Assembly (NCBI GenBank): GCA_044358905.1
Contig: JBIKND010000002.1
Coordinates: forward strand, 1-62,265
Direction: 5' to 3'
DNA length: 62,265 bases
DNA from: Pirellulales bacterium
Lineage (GTDB): Bacteria > Planctomycetota > Planctomycetia > Pirellulales > UBA1268
The notes beneath the pieces were generated by a model. It saw only the letters and a program-made list of their open reading frames with translations. It made no database searches and was not told the origin of the DNA. Positions 8,162-17,611 of the stretch are shown piece after piece. Both the position numbers and the translations under genes were made by a program. Numbering within the stretch: the stretch's first letter is position 1; each line of letters opens with the position of its first letter.

Positions 8162-10606
8162 ATGCGCGCTTTGGCCGCGACCGCTTGCCTCGTATTCGCT
8201 TTCGTGCTGGCCGCCGACGCCCACGGCCGCCCGTCCATGGGTCGCGCCGGCGGCGGCGGTGCTGGCCATCACGGAGTGGCCCACGGGGGGGCGGCGCCGC
8301 ATGCCCGTCCGCAGATGCCCCAGGCCAGGCCAGCGATGCCGCAGGCCAGGCCGGCAATGCCACAGGCCCGCCCTTCCATGCCGCAGGGCCGGCCGTCCAT
8401 GCCGCAGGCACGCCCGGCGATGCCCCAGGGACGGCCGAATGTCGGTGGCATGCAGCCGCCGCAGGTGCCGCATTTTCAACGGCCGAGTGTCGGTGCCATT
8501 CAGAGCCCGAACCTTGCACGGCCGTCGTTTCCGAACGCGGGTGCCGTTACCCGGCCCGCAGCGCCGCCGCCGACCGCGCGGCCGGGACTGGGATCCACGC
8601 GACCCGCACCAGGCGGTGCGGCAGGCGGAATCGCCCGCCCGCCGTTCGGTGCCGGTCCTGGCCAGGCAAGCATTCCCGGCGGCGGTTTCGCCACGCGTCC
8701 CACGCCTGGCTTTCGGCCCGGGGGCGGGCAGGCGGGGGCCGGCGGTCTGCCGAACGTCGGCGGAAATCGTCCTGGGCTCGGCACGCTTCCGGGAACCCCG
8801 GGGGGCATGCCGGGCTTGAACACGCGGCCGGTGCCAGGGATGCGGCCCGGACTTGGCGCCGCCACGAAGCCGTTTCCGGCGCCCGGCAGCGGCGGTGGCC
8901 TGAACGGCGGAAATCGTCCTGGGCTCGACGGAAATCGACCCGGTCAGGGTGGCGGCGGCCTGGCGGGCGGAAACCGGCCCACCACACTCCCGGGCACGAT
9001 CGGCGGCGGCGATCGGCCGAATCTCGGCGGCAATCGGCCGGGCGTCGGCGGTACTCGGCCGACGCCTTTGCCGGGTGACCTGGGTGCAGGGAACCGTCCG
9101 GGCGTCGGTGGCAACCGTCCGGGGCTCGGCAATCGGCCCGACGGCATCGGCAACCGGCCGGGTATCGGTGGCAATCGTCCCGGCATCGGCGGCAATCGGC
9201 CGACAACGCTGCCCGGCGATCTCGGCGGCCTGACGGGCGGCAATCGTCCGGATGGCGGCTGGAACAGGCCAAACGGCGGCTGGAATCGGCCCGGTATCGG
9301 CGGCAATCGCCCCGGCTGGAACCGTCCCGGCATCGGCGACAACAACAACTTCTGGAACAGCGGCAACATCAACATCAACAACGGCATCAATACCGGCTGG
9401 GGTGGGGGCTGGAACGGGGGCGGTTGGAACGGAGGCGGCTGGAACGGCGGTGCCTGGGGCTATCCGGGCTGGGGGGGCGGCTACGGTTTGAACCAGGGCT
9501 ATGTGAATCCGCACTACGGCAGTTGGTACAACGGCGGCTGGAACAATGGCTGGGGTGGATTCTGGGGCGGCTTCGCCACCGGCGCGGCGACCTGGGGCCT
9601 GGCGTCCGCACTCACGAACTGGGGGCTCGGCTACGGCTCGCTCGGCTACGCCGGCGGGGCTTACGTGAATCCGTATTACTCGGCCGTCCCGGCCACCGTC
9701 GTGGCCGCGTCGCCCTACGACTATTCCCAGCCGATCGTCGTCAACAACTACATCCCGGTCGACGGCGGCTCGACGGCGGGCGTGGCCACGGAGTCCGCTG
9801 CGCCGCCGTCGGCGCCCAGCGACGCTACGGTCGACGCCGCGCTCGAGAAGTTCAAGGCCGGTGACTACGCCGGCGCCTTGGCCGGCTTTGACGCGGCCCT
9901 CAAGGCGTCGCCCAACGATTCGGTGATCCACGAGGTAAGGGCGCTCGCGCTGTTTGCGCTCGGCCGCTACCCCGAGGCCGCCGCCACGCTGAATGCCGTG
10001 CTCGCCGCGGCGCCCGGCATGGACTGGACGACGGTCAGCAACCTGTATCCGTCCGTCGACGTCTATACGGCGCAGCTTCGCAAGCTCGAGGACTTCTGCC
10101 GCGCGAACCCCGGCGACGCGGCCGCCCACTTCGTGCTCGCCTATCAGTACCTCGTCGGCGGGCATTCCGACGCCGCGGCCTCGGCCCTCGAGGTCGTCGT
10201 CGCCAAGCAGCCGGGCGACATGGTGGCGAAGCGGCTTCTCGGGGCACTGAAGCCTACGGCCGAAGCCGCTCAGCCGGAGGCCGGGCAGGCGACGCAGGAG
10301 ACGGAGAAGCCCGCCGCCCCGGAGACCGACCTGGTCGGCACCTGGAAGGCCGGCAGCGGCACCGACGCGATCGTTCTCGAGATCACGGCGGATTCGAAGT
10401 TCAGCTGGAAGGCGGCGCCGGCCGGCAAGCCCGCGGTGGAACTGGCCGGGACGATCGAAACGGCCGCCGACGCGATCGCATTGCACAGCGAGAAGGCGGG
10501 CACGATGGCGGGCAAGGTGACCTCGAAGGGCCCCGACGCTTTCGAGTTTTCGCTGCCCGGGGCGCCGGCGGAAGCGAAGCCCCTGCTGTTTCAGCGGCAG
10601 CGATAG
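8162..10606 (+). CDS. Secreted multi-block low-complexity protein (MPQxRPx heptads, GNRPG repeats, GWNGG/aromatic-Gly block) with C-terminal TPR-like domain
   Basis: ATG at 8162 opens the signal peptide MRALAATACLVFAFVLAADAHG. Later blocks are described in the findings. TPR-like helices: FKAGDYAGALAGFDAALKASPND, ALALFALGRYPEAAATLNAVLAAAP, AHFVLAYQYLVGGHSDAAASALEVVVAKQP. Confidence 0.75.
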   Translation: MRALAATACLVFAFVLAADAHGRPSMGRAGGGGAGHHGVAHGGAAPHARPQMPQARPAMPQARPAMPQARPSMPQGRPSMPQARPAMPQGRPNVGGMQPPQVPHFQRPSVGAIQSPNLARPSFPNAGAVTRPAAPPPTARPGLGSTRPAPGGAAGGIARPPFGAGPGQASIPGGGFATRPTPGFRPGGGQAGAGGLPNVGGNRPGLGTLPGTPGGMPGLNTRPVPGMRPGLGAATKPFPAPGSGGGLNGGNRPGLDGNRPGQGGGGLAGGNRPTTLPGTIGGGDRPNLGGNRPGVGGTRPTPLPGDLGAGNRPGVGGNRPGLGNRPDGIGNRPGIGGNRPGIGGNRPTTLPGDLGGLTGGNRPDGGWNRPNGGWNRPGIGGNRPGWNRPGIGDNNNFWNSGNININNGINTGWGGGWNGGGWNGGGWNGGAWGYPGWGGGYGLNQGYVNPHYGSWYNGGWNNGWGGFWGGFATGAATWGLASALTNWGLGYGSLGYAGGAYVNPYYSAVPATVVAASPYDYSQPIVVNNYIPVDGGSTAGVATESAAPPSAPSDATVDAALEKFKAGDYAGALAGFDAALKASPNDSVIHEVRALALFALGRYPEAAATLNAVLAAAPGMDWTTVSNLYPSVDVYTAQLRKLEDFCRANPGDAAAHFVLAYQYLVGGHSDAAASALEVVVAKQPGDMVAKRLLGALKPTAEAAQPEAGQATQETEKPAAPETDLVGTWKAGSGTDAIVLEITADSKFSWKAAPAGKPAVELAGTIETAADAIALHSEKAGTMAGKVTSKGPDAFEFSLPGAPAEAKPLLFQRQR
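8315..8440 (+). repeat. Six tandem 21-bp repeats (in-frame, encoding MPQ[AG]RP[ASN] heptads)
   Basis: Read directly: atgccccaggccaggccagcg / atgccgcaggccaggccggca / atgccacaggcccgcccttcc / atgccgcagggccggccgtcc / atgccgcaggcacgcccggcg / atgccccagggacggccgaat. Confidence 0.9.
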
Positions 10607-10775
10607 GGCGGATTTGGGTTTCGCAGAGCTTGCGGGAAAGGCCCAATCCGGCTCGGAGACGGCATGAGTTGCGTCGCTGGCGAAGGTCCGCCACGCTCCG
10701 CATCCTCACGCCGATCCCCTCGCCTCCCCTGCCAGAGCTGCCAGTCCACTCTCTGCGTCCGTCGACCTCCCGGAC
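10604..10775 (+). repeat. Intergenic structured repeat, family 1 (subfamily 2), copy b
   Basis: The core ggcatgagttgcgtcgctggcgaaggtccgccacgctccgcatcctcacgccgatcccctcgcctcccc is about 95% identical to 35200-35270 and related to 23018-23108. The copy begins at the TAG stop (10604-10606) of the upstream gene. Confidence 0.75.
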
Positions 10776-10863
10776 GGTGGCAGGGGCGGCCGCGGCAGGC
10801 TAGGATTTGTCGGTCCCCGCGGCTTCGTCGCGGGGCTGCAGCACCCTGGAAGGCGAGCCCGTC

Positions 10864-11220
10864 ATGGAACAGTATCGCAGGATTCAGACCGGCAAGAAGG
10901 GCGAGATTCACCTTGTCGCCTTCAAGGACAAGAAGATCCTCGACGACACGGTCCTCGACGAGATCCGCACGGAACTGACGCAGCTCATCGGCAAGGCGTC
11001 CGGTCCCGACGTGCTCCTCGACTTCGGCAACGTGGAGTTCATGTCGAGCGCCATGCTCGGGCTCCTGGGGCAACTGCACCGCAAGATTTCGGCGGGCCAC
11101 GGCCGGCTGAAGATGTGCTCGATTCGTCCCGAGATCTTCCAGGTCTTCAAGCTCACGAACCTCGACAAGCTGTTCAGCATCCACAAGGACGCGCCGACGG
11201 CCCTGGCCACGTTCACCTGA
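10864..11220 (+). CDS. STAS-domain protein (anti-sigma-factor antagonist type)
   Basis: 118 aa from the ATG at 10864. STAS pattern LLDFGNVEFMSSAMLGLL aligns with SpoIIAA/RsbV ...FMDSSGLG and retains the phosphorylatable Ser position. Confidence 0.85.
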   Translation: MEQYRRIQTGKKGEIHLVAFKDKKILDDTVLDEIRTELTQLIGKASGPDVLLDFGNVEFMSSAMLGLLGQLHRKISAGHGRLKMCSIRPEIFQVFKLTNLDKLFSIHKDAPTALATFT

Positions 11221-11227
11221 CGCCGGC

Positions 11228-12652
11228 ATGGTCGTGGTGCAACAACCAAACGAGCCGGCGGCAGGTCGCGGCGTCGACGTCGTGATCGCCGAGGACAGTC
11301 GCATCCAGGCCCGGATGCTGATCCGGCGGCTCGAGGAGGCCGGGCATACGGTCAGGTGGGGCGAGACCGGCGCCCAGGCGTTGGCGCTGGCCCGCGAGCG
11401 GCGGCCCGACATCATCGTCTCCGACATCGAGATGCCGGAGATGACGGGCTACGAGTTCTGCAAGGCGGCGAAATCGGATCCCGCCCTCAAGACCGTGCCC
11501 TTCATCCTGCTTTCCACGCTCGCCGACCCGATCGACATCATCCGCGGGCTCGATGCGGGTGCCGACAACTACGTCACCAAGCCCTACGAGCCGGAGTTCC
11601 TCCTTGGCCGCATGCAGTCGCTGCTCGCGACGCCGCTGGAGTCGGCCGACGACGACGTGGCGGCCATGCTCGAGGTCACGCTCGCCGGCCAGAAGTTTCG
11701 CGTCAAAGCGGGCCGGCAGCAGGTGCTCAACCTGCTCGTGTCCACGTTCGAGAATGCCGTCGCCAAGAACCAGGAACTCGTGGTCGCCAACCAGGATTTG
11801 TCGGTCGCCCGCGACGGCTTGCAGCGGTCGAACGAGGAGCTCTCCACGGCCAATACCGAGATCTCCCGCATCAACGCCCACATGCTCCGCGATCTCAAAG
11901 CGGCGGCGAAGGTGCAGCGATCCCTCCTTCCGGCCGCCGACGTCGCCATTCCCGGCACGAGCGTCGCCTGGCGGTACGTTCCCTGCCAGAGCCTCGCCGG
12001 CGACTTCCTCAACGTCTTCCGGCTCGACGACGAGCATGCCGGCCTGTTCGTCGTGGACGTCAGCGGGCACGGCGTTCCCTCGTCGCTGATGGCCGTGACG
12101 GTGGGCCGCTTTCTCACCCCGAAGGTCACCGACCAGTCCTTGCTGGTGCGGCAGGGGCCGGACGGCCGGATCACCGTCGCTCGGCCGGCCGATGTGGCCA
12201 CGCAGCTCAATCGTCTGTTTCAGGCGGACGAGTTCTCCGGGCTGTATTTCACGCTGCTCTACGGCGTGCTCCATCTGCCCACGGGAAGGTTCGACTACTG
12301 CTCCGGCGGGCATCCGCCGCTCGTGCGGCTGCCGGCCGGCGGCGGGGCGGTCGAGTTTCACGCCATGGAGAGTTTTCCGATCGCCTTCGTGCCCGACGTC
12401 GAATACGAGCAGAGGACGCTGCAACTCGCGCCCGGCGACAGGCTGTTTCTCTATTCCGACGGCGTGCCCGAGGCGATGGACAAGGACAGGAACCCCTACG
12501 GCGACGAGGCGATGGCGGCCTGCATTGCCGGCTCACGCGTCGCGCCGATCGAAGATGGCGTCAAGGGCCTGCTGGAGGCCGTCGAACACTGGTGCGAGCC
12601 CGAGGGGCCGCTCGACGACGTCTCGATCCTCGGCGTCGAATGGCGGCCGTGA
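11228..12652 (+). CDS. Response regulator with PP2C/SpoIIE-type serine phosphatase output (RsbU-like)
   Basis: Receiver: VVIAEDS...PDIIVSDIEMPEMTG...NYVTKP, with canonical Asp, Thr/Ser and Lys. A coiled-coil linker follows. PP2C/SpoIIE part: AAKVQRSLLP...SLAGDFLNVF...LFVVDVSGHGVPSSL...LFLYSDGVPEA...DDVSILGVE. Confidence 0.9.
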   Translation: MVVVQQPNEPAAGRGVDVVIAEDSRIQARMLIRRLEEAGHTVRWGETGAQALALARERRPDIIVSDIEMPEMTGYEFCKAAKSDPALKTVPFILLSTLADPIDIIRGLDAGADNYVTKPYEPEFLLGRMQSLLATPLESADDDVAAMLEVTLAGQKFRVKAGRQQVLNLLVSTFENAVAKNQELVVANQDLSVARDGLQRSNEELSTANTEISRINAHMLRDLKAAAKVQRSLLPAADVAIPGTSVAWRYVPCQSLAGDFLNVFRLDDEHAGLFVVDVSGHGVPSSLMAVTVGRFLTPKVTDQSLLVRQGPDGRITVARPADVATQLNRLFQADEFSGLYFTLLYGVLHLPTGRFDYCSGGHPPLVRLPAGGGAVEFHAMESFPIAFVPDVEYEQRTLQLAPGDRLFLYSDGVPEAMDKDRNPYGDEAMAACIAGSRVAPIEDGVKGLLEAVEHWCEPEGPLDDVSILGVEWRP

Positions 12653-12653
12653 A

Positions 12654-13481
12654 TCACCGTTTGGGCTTCGGCGTGTAGTGGCTGCAGCCGCCGTGGGTGA
12701 TGCGGTTCCAGCCGTCGTCGATGCCGATCATCGTCTCGGCGCCGCCGAGAAACAGGCTGCCGTCGGGGCGCAGCACCCGGCGGACGCGGCCCACCAGGGC
12801 CGCGCGGGTCGGGACGTCGAAGTAGAGCATCACGTTCCGCAGGAAGACGACGTCGGCCAGCGGCATCATCGGCCAGGTGCCGGTGAGGTTGATGTGGCGA
12901 AACTCCACGAGCTGGCGACACTCCTGCACGATGCTCCAGCGGCCCTGCAGCGGCCGGAAGTATTTCTTCAACAGCCCCGGCGGCAGGCCACGATTCGTCT
13001 CCAACTCGCTGTACACCCCCTCCCGGGCCCGGGCCAGGATCGGCTCCGAGAAGTCCGTGGCGATGATCCGGATCCGCCACGTGGCCAGGAGGTCGCGGAA
13101 GTGCTCGAGGAGCAGCATCGCCATGCTGTAGGGCTCCTGCCCGGTCGAGCAGGCGGCCGACCAGAGCGTGAGCTGCCGGTCGGCGGCCCGTCGCGGCACG
13201 ACGTCGGCGAGCACGGCCCGTAACGCCTCGAATGGGGCGCGGTCACGGAAGAACGACGTCTCGTGCGTCATCATCGCGCACAGCACGTCCTTCTCGAGCG
13301 TCGGGTCGACGCCCTGCCGGACGCGGTCGATGAGGGTCTCGAGGCTCGGAATCTTCCGCTGCTTGACGATCGGCATCAGCCGGGCGACCACGAGGTAGTG
13401 CTTCGACTGGTCGATGCACACGCCCGTCCGCCGGCGCAGCAGGCCGCGGAGGTAGTCGAATTGGGGCTCGGCGACTTTCAT
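12654..13481 (-). CDS. cheR: Chemotaxis protein methyltransferase CheR
   Basis: Starts at the ATG at 13481 (MKVAEPQFDYLRGLL...). CheR N-domain plus SAM-binding domain (LTLWSAACSTGQEPYSMAMLL, FLRNVMLYFD). The upstream part of ORF 12654..13730 is Arg-rich non-coding-like sequence. Confidence 0.9.
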   Translation of the reverse strand: MKVAEPQFDYLRGLLRRRTGVCIDQSKHYLVVARLMPIVKQRKIPSLETLIDRVRQGVDPTLEKDVLCAMMTHETSFFRDRAPFEALRAVLADVVPRRAADRQLTLWSAACSTGQEPYSMAMLLLEHFRDLLATWRIRIIATDFSEPILARAREGVYSELETNRGLPPGLLKKYFRPLQGRWSIVQECRQLVEFRHINLTGTWPMMPLADVVFLRNVMLYFDVPTRAALVGRVRRVLRPDGSLFLGGAETMIGIDDGWNRITHGGCSHYTPKPKR

Positions 13482-13498
13482 CGCGGCTCCGCGCGGCT

Positions 13499-14950
13499 TC
13501 AGCCGCCGCGCCTCTTGAGCCGCAGGGCGACCTCGACGCCGACCTGTGACAGCGGGAGCACGGTGTCGGCGAGGCCCGCCCGCACCACCTCGCCCGGCAT
13601 GCCCCAGACCACGCTCGAGAACTCGTCCTGAGCGAGTACGGCGCCGCCGGCGTCTACGATCGCCCGGGAACCTGCCAGACCGTCGCGGCCCATGCCGGTG
13701 AGGACGACGCCCAGCGTGCCGGCCCCCCACAGCCGGGCCGCCGAGCGGAAGAGCACGTCCGCCGCCGGGCGGCAGGAGTTTTCCGGCGGATCGTCGGTGA
13801 GGCGCATCCGGGGCTGCGCGGCGTCGCCGACGAGTTCCATGTGGCGGCCGCCCGGGGCGAGCAGCACCTCGCCGGGCCGGGCCAGTTCGCCGTCGCTGGC
13901 TTCTCGCACAGGTAGGCCGGCCGTCTTGGCCAGCCTTTCGGCGAGGTGCGAGGTGAAGAACGCCGGCATGTGCTGGACGACGAGGATCGGGACGCGGGCA
14001 TCGGGAACGAATGCGGGCAGCACCTCGGCCAGGGCGCTCGGCCCGCCGGTGGACACGGCGACGACGACGCCCTGGATTCGCTCCTGCCGCGCGAGCCGCG
14101 GCGGTGTGGCCGTGCCGCCGGCGGGCCGCGCCGGCTCGCGTCTGCCGCCCGCGGCCCCACGGGGAACGAGTGCCTTGATGCGGCCGATCACGTCGGAGCG
14201 GATCCGGGCGGCGACCTCGCCGGCGTCGAGGCCGGCGGGCTTCGCGACGTAGTCGTTCGCGCCGGCGAGCAGGGCGTCGACCGTGGCCTTCGCCCCGCGC
14301 TCGGTCAGGCTGGAGAACATCACCACGGGTAGCTTGCCGAACCGGCGGCGAATCTCGCGTAGCGTCGTGATCCCGTCCATCACCGGCATCTCGACGTCGA
14401 GGAGCACGAGATCGGGACGGGCCGTGGGGATCATGTCCAGGCAGGCCGCGCCATGGAAGGCGGCCCCCGCGACCTTGATCTCCTGGTCGGCGCCGAGCGT
14501 CGTCGACAGGATGCTGCGGATCGTGGCCGAATCATCGCAGATCAGCACCCTGATCGGCTCGCGGTGAGTCGCCGGCTCCGGTTCCTTCACCACCCCCAGG
14601 CCGACGAGCTTGCGGGTGAAGGCGGCGGCCGTGAACGGCTTGGCCAGGTAGTCGTCAATCCCGGCCTGCTGCGCGACCGCGATCCGCTCCTGCTCGTGCT
14701 CGGTGGAGATCATGAGGATCGGCAGGCCGCGGTAGGCCGGCTCGCGCCGCAGCCGGCGGACGAGTTCGATCCCGTCCATGACCGGCATGTGCCAGTTGAC
14801 GGTGATCAGGTCGGGCCGGCCGCCCGCCGCGAGGGCGGCGAGCGCCTCCTGGCCGTTTCCGGCCTCGGTGCAGTCGAACCGCAGGTCGACCAGCGTCCGT
14901 GCGACGATGCTCCGCGCCGGTTTCGAATCGTCCACCACGAGCGCACGCAC
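13499..14950 (-). CDS. cheB: Protein-glutamate methylesterase CheB with an additional N-terminal receiver-like domain (REC-REC-CheB)
   Basis: GTG start at 14950, preceded by GGAGGA. REC1 covers aa 1 to about 118. REC2 has canonical Asp (DLVLLDVEMPVMDG). Methylesterase domain: VVAVSTGGPSAL, VVQHMP, VVLTGMGRDG. Confidence 0.9.
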   Translation of the reverse strand: MRALVVDDSKPARSIVARTLVDLRFDCTEAGNGQEALAALAAGGRPDLITVNWHMPVMDGIELVRRLRREPAYRGLPILMISTEHEQERIAVAQQAGIDDYLAKPFTAAAFTRKLVGLGVVKEPEPATHREPIRVLICDDSATIRSILSTTLGADQEIKVAGAAFHGAACLDMIPTARPDLVLLDVEMPVMDGITTLREIRRRFGKLPVVMFSSLTERGAKATVDALLAGANDYVAKPAGLDAGEVAARIRSDVIGRIKALVPRGAAGGRREPARPAGGTATPPRLARQERIQGVVVAVSTGGPSALAEVLPAFVPDARVPILVVQHMPAFFTSHLAERLAKTAGLPVREASDGELARPGEVLLAPGGRHMELVGDAAQPRMRLTDDPPENSCRPAADVLFRSAARLWGAGTLGVVLTGMGRDGLAGSRAIVDAGGAVLAQDEFSSVVWGMPGEVVRAGLADTVLPLSQVGVEVALRLKRRGG

Positions 14951-14999
14951 GACGGGATCCTCCGTGTCCCGACCGGCCGAGGCCGGTCATGGGCCGCGA

Positions 15000-17141
15000 T
15001 CAGTTCTTCTTGTATTCCTCGACGAGCCGCTGCAGGGCCTGGGCCATCCGGGCCAGTTCCTGCGACGAGACCTGCGTGTTCGACGCGCCTTCGGCCGTGC
15101 TCTGGGCCGCCTGTGCGACCTGCACGATGTTCTCGGCGATCTCCGAGGTGCCGGTGGTGGCCTCGGAGATGTTGCGGCTGATCTCGCCGGTCGTGACCGA
15201 CTGCTCCTCGACGGCCGCGGCGATCTTCGTCTGCAGGTCGTCGATCCGCTCGATCACCGTGCCGATCTCGGCGATCGCCTCGACGGCCCGCTGGGTGTCG
15301 CTCTGCATCGACTCGATCCGGCCGCCGATCTCCTCGGTCGCCTTGGCGGTGTCGCGGGCGAGTTCCTTGACCTCGCTGGCCACCACGGCGAAACCCTTGC
15401 CCGCCTCGCCCGCCCGGGCGGCCTCGATCGTGGCGTTGAGGGCGAGGAGGTTCGTCTGCTCGGCGATCGACGTGATCACCTTGATCACCGCGCCGATCTC
15501 CTGGCTCGATCGCCCCAGGGCGGCCATCGTGCCGGAGGTGGCGGTCGCCATCTCCACCGCCTTGCGGGCGGTACTGGCGGCATCTTGGGCGTTCTTGGCG
15601 ATCTCGTGGATGCTCGCCACGAGGTTCTCGATCGAGCCCGACACGGTCCGCGTGTTGCCACTGACCTGCTCCGCGGCGGCCGACACGAGGTTGGCCTGGG
15701 CGGTCGTCTCCTCGGCCGCGGCGCTCATCTGCTGGCTGACGCTCGTCAGTTCTTCCGACGAACTCGCCAGGGCGTGGGTGTTGTCGACGATCCCGCCGAC
15801 GAGGGCCGCCTGTCGCTGGGCCTCGCGGGTCAGCCGTCGGGCGATGAGGGTCGACACGGCGAGGACGGCCGCGGACGTGAGCCCGAACACCATGAGCCCG
15901 AGCTTCAGCAGCCGCGATACCGGCTCGAACACCTCGGCGGAGTCGATCTCCGAGAGCAGGGCCCAGCGGACATCGCCGCGGCCGCTGGCATCGCGGTGGA
16001 TCGTGACCGGCCGCCACGAGACGAGCGACGGCACGCCCCGGTAGTCGGCGGCCTCGGCCGTGCCGGCCTTGCCCTCGTCGATCGCGGAGCGGACCGCGGC
16101 GGTATCAACCTTGAACTCCGGGTTGATGATCGTGGACTTCGCCCCCATCTCCTCCGCGAATCGCGAGTCGCTGCGGAACAGGCGGTCGGCGCCGATCGCG
16201 TACGTCTCGCCGGTGCGGCCCATGCCGGTGGTCTCGCCGATGATGGCATTCACTTTGTCGATCGGCACCTGGAAGGCGACGGCGCCCACGAGCGTCCGGC
16301 CCTCGTAGATCGGTGCCGCCATGAAACTCGCCGGCTCGTTGCAAGAGGGCAGGTAACGCTGGAACTGACCGAAGGCCACGGCGTCGCGGCGGCCGGATGA
16401 CACCGCCTGGAGGAAGGCCGTTCCCAGGCTCGAAGACGCGAGCGGGCCTTCGCGGAGCGAGCCGCCGAAGTCCACCTCCTTCGACACGTTGTAGACGACC
16501 TTGCCGGAAGGGCCGTCGATGAGAAACACGTCGGAAACGCCGTACTTCTCCATGAGACCACGGAAGAACGGATGGTATTTGGCATGGGCCTTCGAATAGG
16601 CCGAGCCATCGTCGGCAGCATCGAGGAGGAACTTCGATCCGATGGGGTTGGGGTTGTTGCGGATATAGAGGTACTGTGCGTAGGCCGAGTCGTCGTCGAG
16701 GGCCTGGGCCAGCGGCCGCACGTCGAGGACATCGTCGGAGCGGCGGCGAAACTCGGCCGCAAAATCGCCGGTGTAGAAAGCCTCGAGGTCGCGGCGGGCG
16801 GCCGCGAGAGCCTTGTCATCCACCTTGTCGTCGGCCCGCAGCGTGGACAGGCCGCCAGTCAGGTCGTTCAGCGCCTCGACGCAGATCCGGCCGTCGGCGA
16901 GCACCGAAAGTTCCTGCCGCAGGGAGGTGAAGTACCGCTCCACGGACTTCGCCGTCACGGCGTTGACGGTGTCGAGCTGTTTGAAGGCTTGCTCCCGCAG
17001 GGCGGCCGCGGATGAGCGGTAACTCGTCAGCCCCATGAAGGCCATGGGAATCAGCGATACGCCGAGGAGCGCGAGAAGCAGTGGATTGGTGAGGAACGAA
17101 CGCCAGCCGCCGGTCGTGCCGGTGGAATCACGGTCTGCCAT
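15000..17141 (-). CDS. Methyl-accepting chemotaxis protein with large periplasmic (Cache-like) sensor region
   Basis: Two TM segments flank a periplasmic region of about 330 aa. Highly conserved MCP hairpin tip: [37 protein letters not shown]. Confidence 0.92.
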   Translation of the reverse strand: MADRDSTGTTGGWRSFLTNPLLLALLGVSLIPMAFMGLTSYRSSAAALREQAFKQLDTVNAVTAKSVERYFTSLRQELSVLADGRICVEALNDLTGGLSTLRADDKVDDKALAAARRDLEAFYTGDFAAEFRRRSDDVLDVRPLAQALDDDSAYAQYLYIRNNPNPIGSKFLLDAADDGSAYSKAHAKYHPFFRGLMEKYGVSDVFLIDGPSGKVVYNVSKEVDFGGSLREGPLASSSLGTAFLQAVSSGRRDAVAFGQFQRYLPSCNEPASFMAAPIYEGRTLVGAVAFQVPIDKVNAIIGETTGMGRTGETYAIGADRLFRSDSRFAEEMGAKSTIINPEFKVDTAAVRSAIDEGKAGTAEAADYRGVPSLVSWRPVTIHRDASGRGDVRWALLSEIDSAEVFEPVSRLLKLGLMVFGLTSAAVLAVSTLIARRLTREAQRQAALVGGIVDNTHALASSSEELTSVSQQMSAAAEETTAQANLVSAAAEQVSGNTRTVSGSIENLVASIHEIAKNAQDAASTARKAVEMATATSGTMAALGRSSQEIGAVIKVITSIAEQTNLLALNATIEAARAGEAGKGFAVVASEVKELARDTAKATEEIGGRIESMQSDTQRAVEAIAEIGTVIERIDDLQTKIAAAVEEQSVTTGEISRNISEATTGTSEIAENIVQVAQAAQSTAEGASNTQVSSQELARMAQALQRLVEEYKKN

Positions 17142-17172
17142 GGGGACTTCCTGCCTCTCGGTTGCCTGCGGC

Positions 17173-17607
17173 TCAGCGCCGCGTGAGTGAATGAATCATG
17201 CGCTGGGGATCGAGCAGATGCACGAGCTGTTCGGGGGCGGCGTAGATGCCCGTCAACGGGTCGGCACCATCGCCGCCGGGCGTCGTCTGCTCGATCGCGT
17301 CCGCGGGGATCTCGACGACGTCGTGCATCTCGTCGATGACCAGCGCGTACCAGTCGTCCTGCAGCGCGATCACCAGGAGCGTGGCCCGGTCCGGGCTTGG
17401 GCGATCGACGCCCAGGCGGGCGGCGGGGTCGACGACGGGCACGATCCGGCCGCGGAGGTGGACGAGGCCGAGGACGCCGACCGGCGCCAGCGGTACCCGG
17501 GTCGCATGCCCGGCCCGCAGGACCTCCACGACGCCGTCCGCCGGGACGGCGAAGCAGGCGTTACCTATGCGGAACGTGCAGCAGCGGTGGGTGAGGGCGG
17601 TGGTCAT
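17173..17607 (-). CDS. cheW: Chemotaxis coupling protein CheW
   Basis: 144 aa from the ATG at 17607. The start is separated by a 4-nt gap from the cheA stop codon (17612-17614). CheW-like fold pattern: [22 protein letters not shown]...[14 protein letters not shown]. Confidence 0.85.
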   Translation of the reverse strand: MTTALTHRCCTFRIGNACFAVPADGVVEVLRAGHATRVPLAPVGVLGLVHLRGRIVPVVDPAARLGVDRPSPDRATLLVIALQDDWYALVIDEMHDVVEIPADAIEQTTPGGDGADPLTGIYAAPEQLVHLLDPQRMIHSLTRR

Positions 17608-17611
17608 GGCG

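Noticed and set aside
8018-10486. 822-aa minus-strand ORF, plus several 100-470-aa ORFs (7657..9078, 8064..8519, 8547..9272, 8944..9390)
   Set aside because: These are antisense or alternative frames of the low-complexity Gly/Asn/Pro gene. They are Arg/Pro/Ala-dominated and have no signal peptide or domain logic.
10664-10978. Recurring mini-ORF beginning MSCVAGE... (also at 23020 and about 35205)
   Set aside because: The ATG lies inside repeat family 1. Downstream sequences diverge immediately and are Arg/Pro/Ser-rich, there is no RBS, and the lengths are inconsistent. The similarity is explained by the DNA repeat and not by a conserved peptide. An sRNA role is not excluded.
14971-14988. Perfect palindrome GACCGGCC-GA-GGCCGGTC between mcp and cheB
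   Set aside because: It is probably just a short intercistronic hairpin. It is too small and has no T-tract, so I cannot call it a terminator or attenuator with confidence.
14778-16400. Long ORFs (540, 403 and 381 aa) overlapping the MCP gene in other frames
   Set aside because: The MCP frame contains the invariant signalling hairpin motif. The others are Arg/Gly/Asp-rich shadows.
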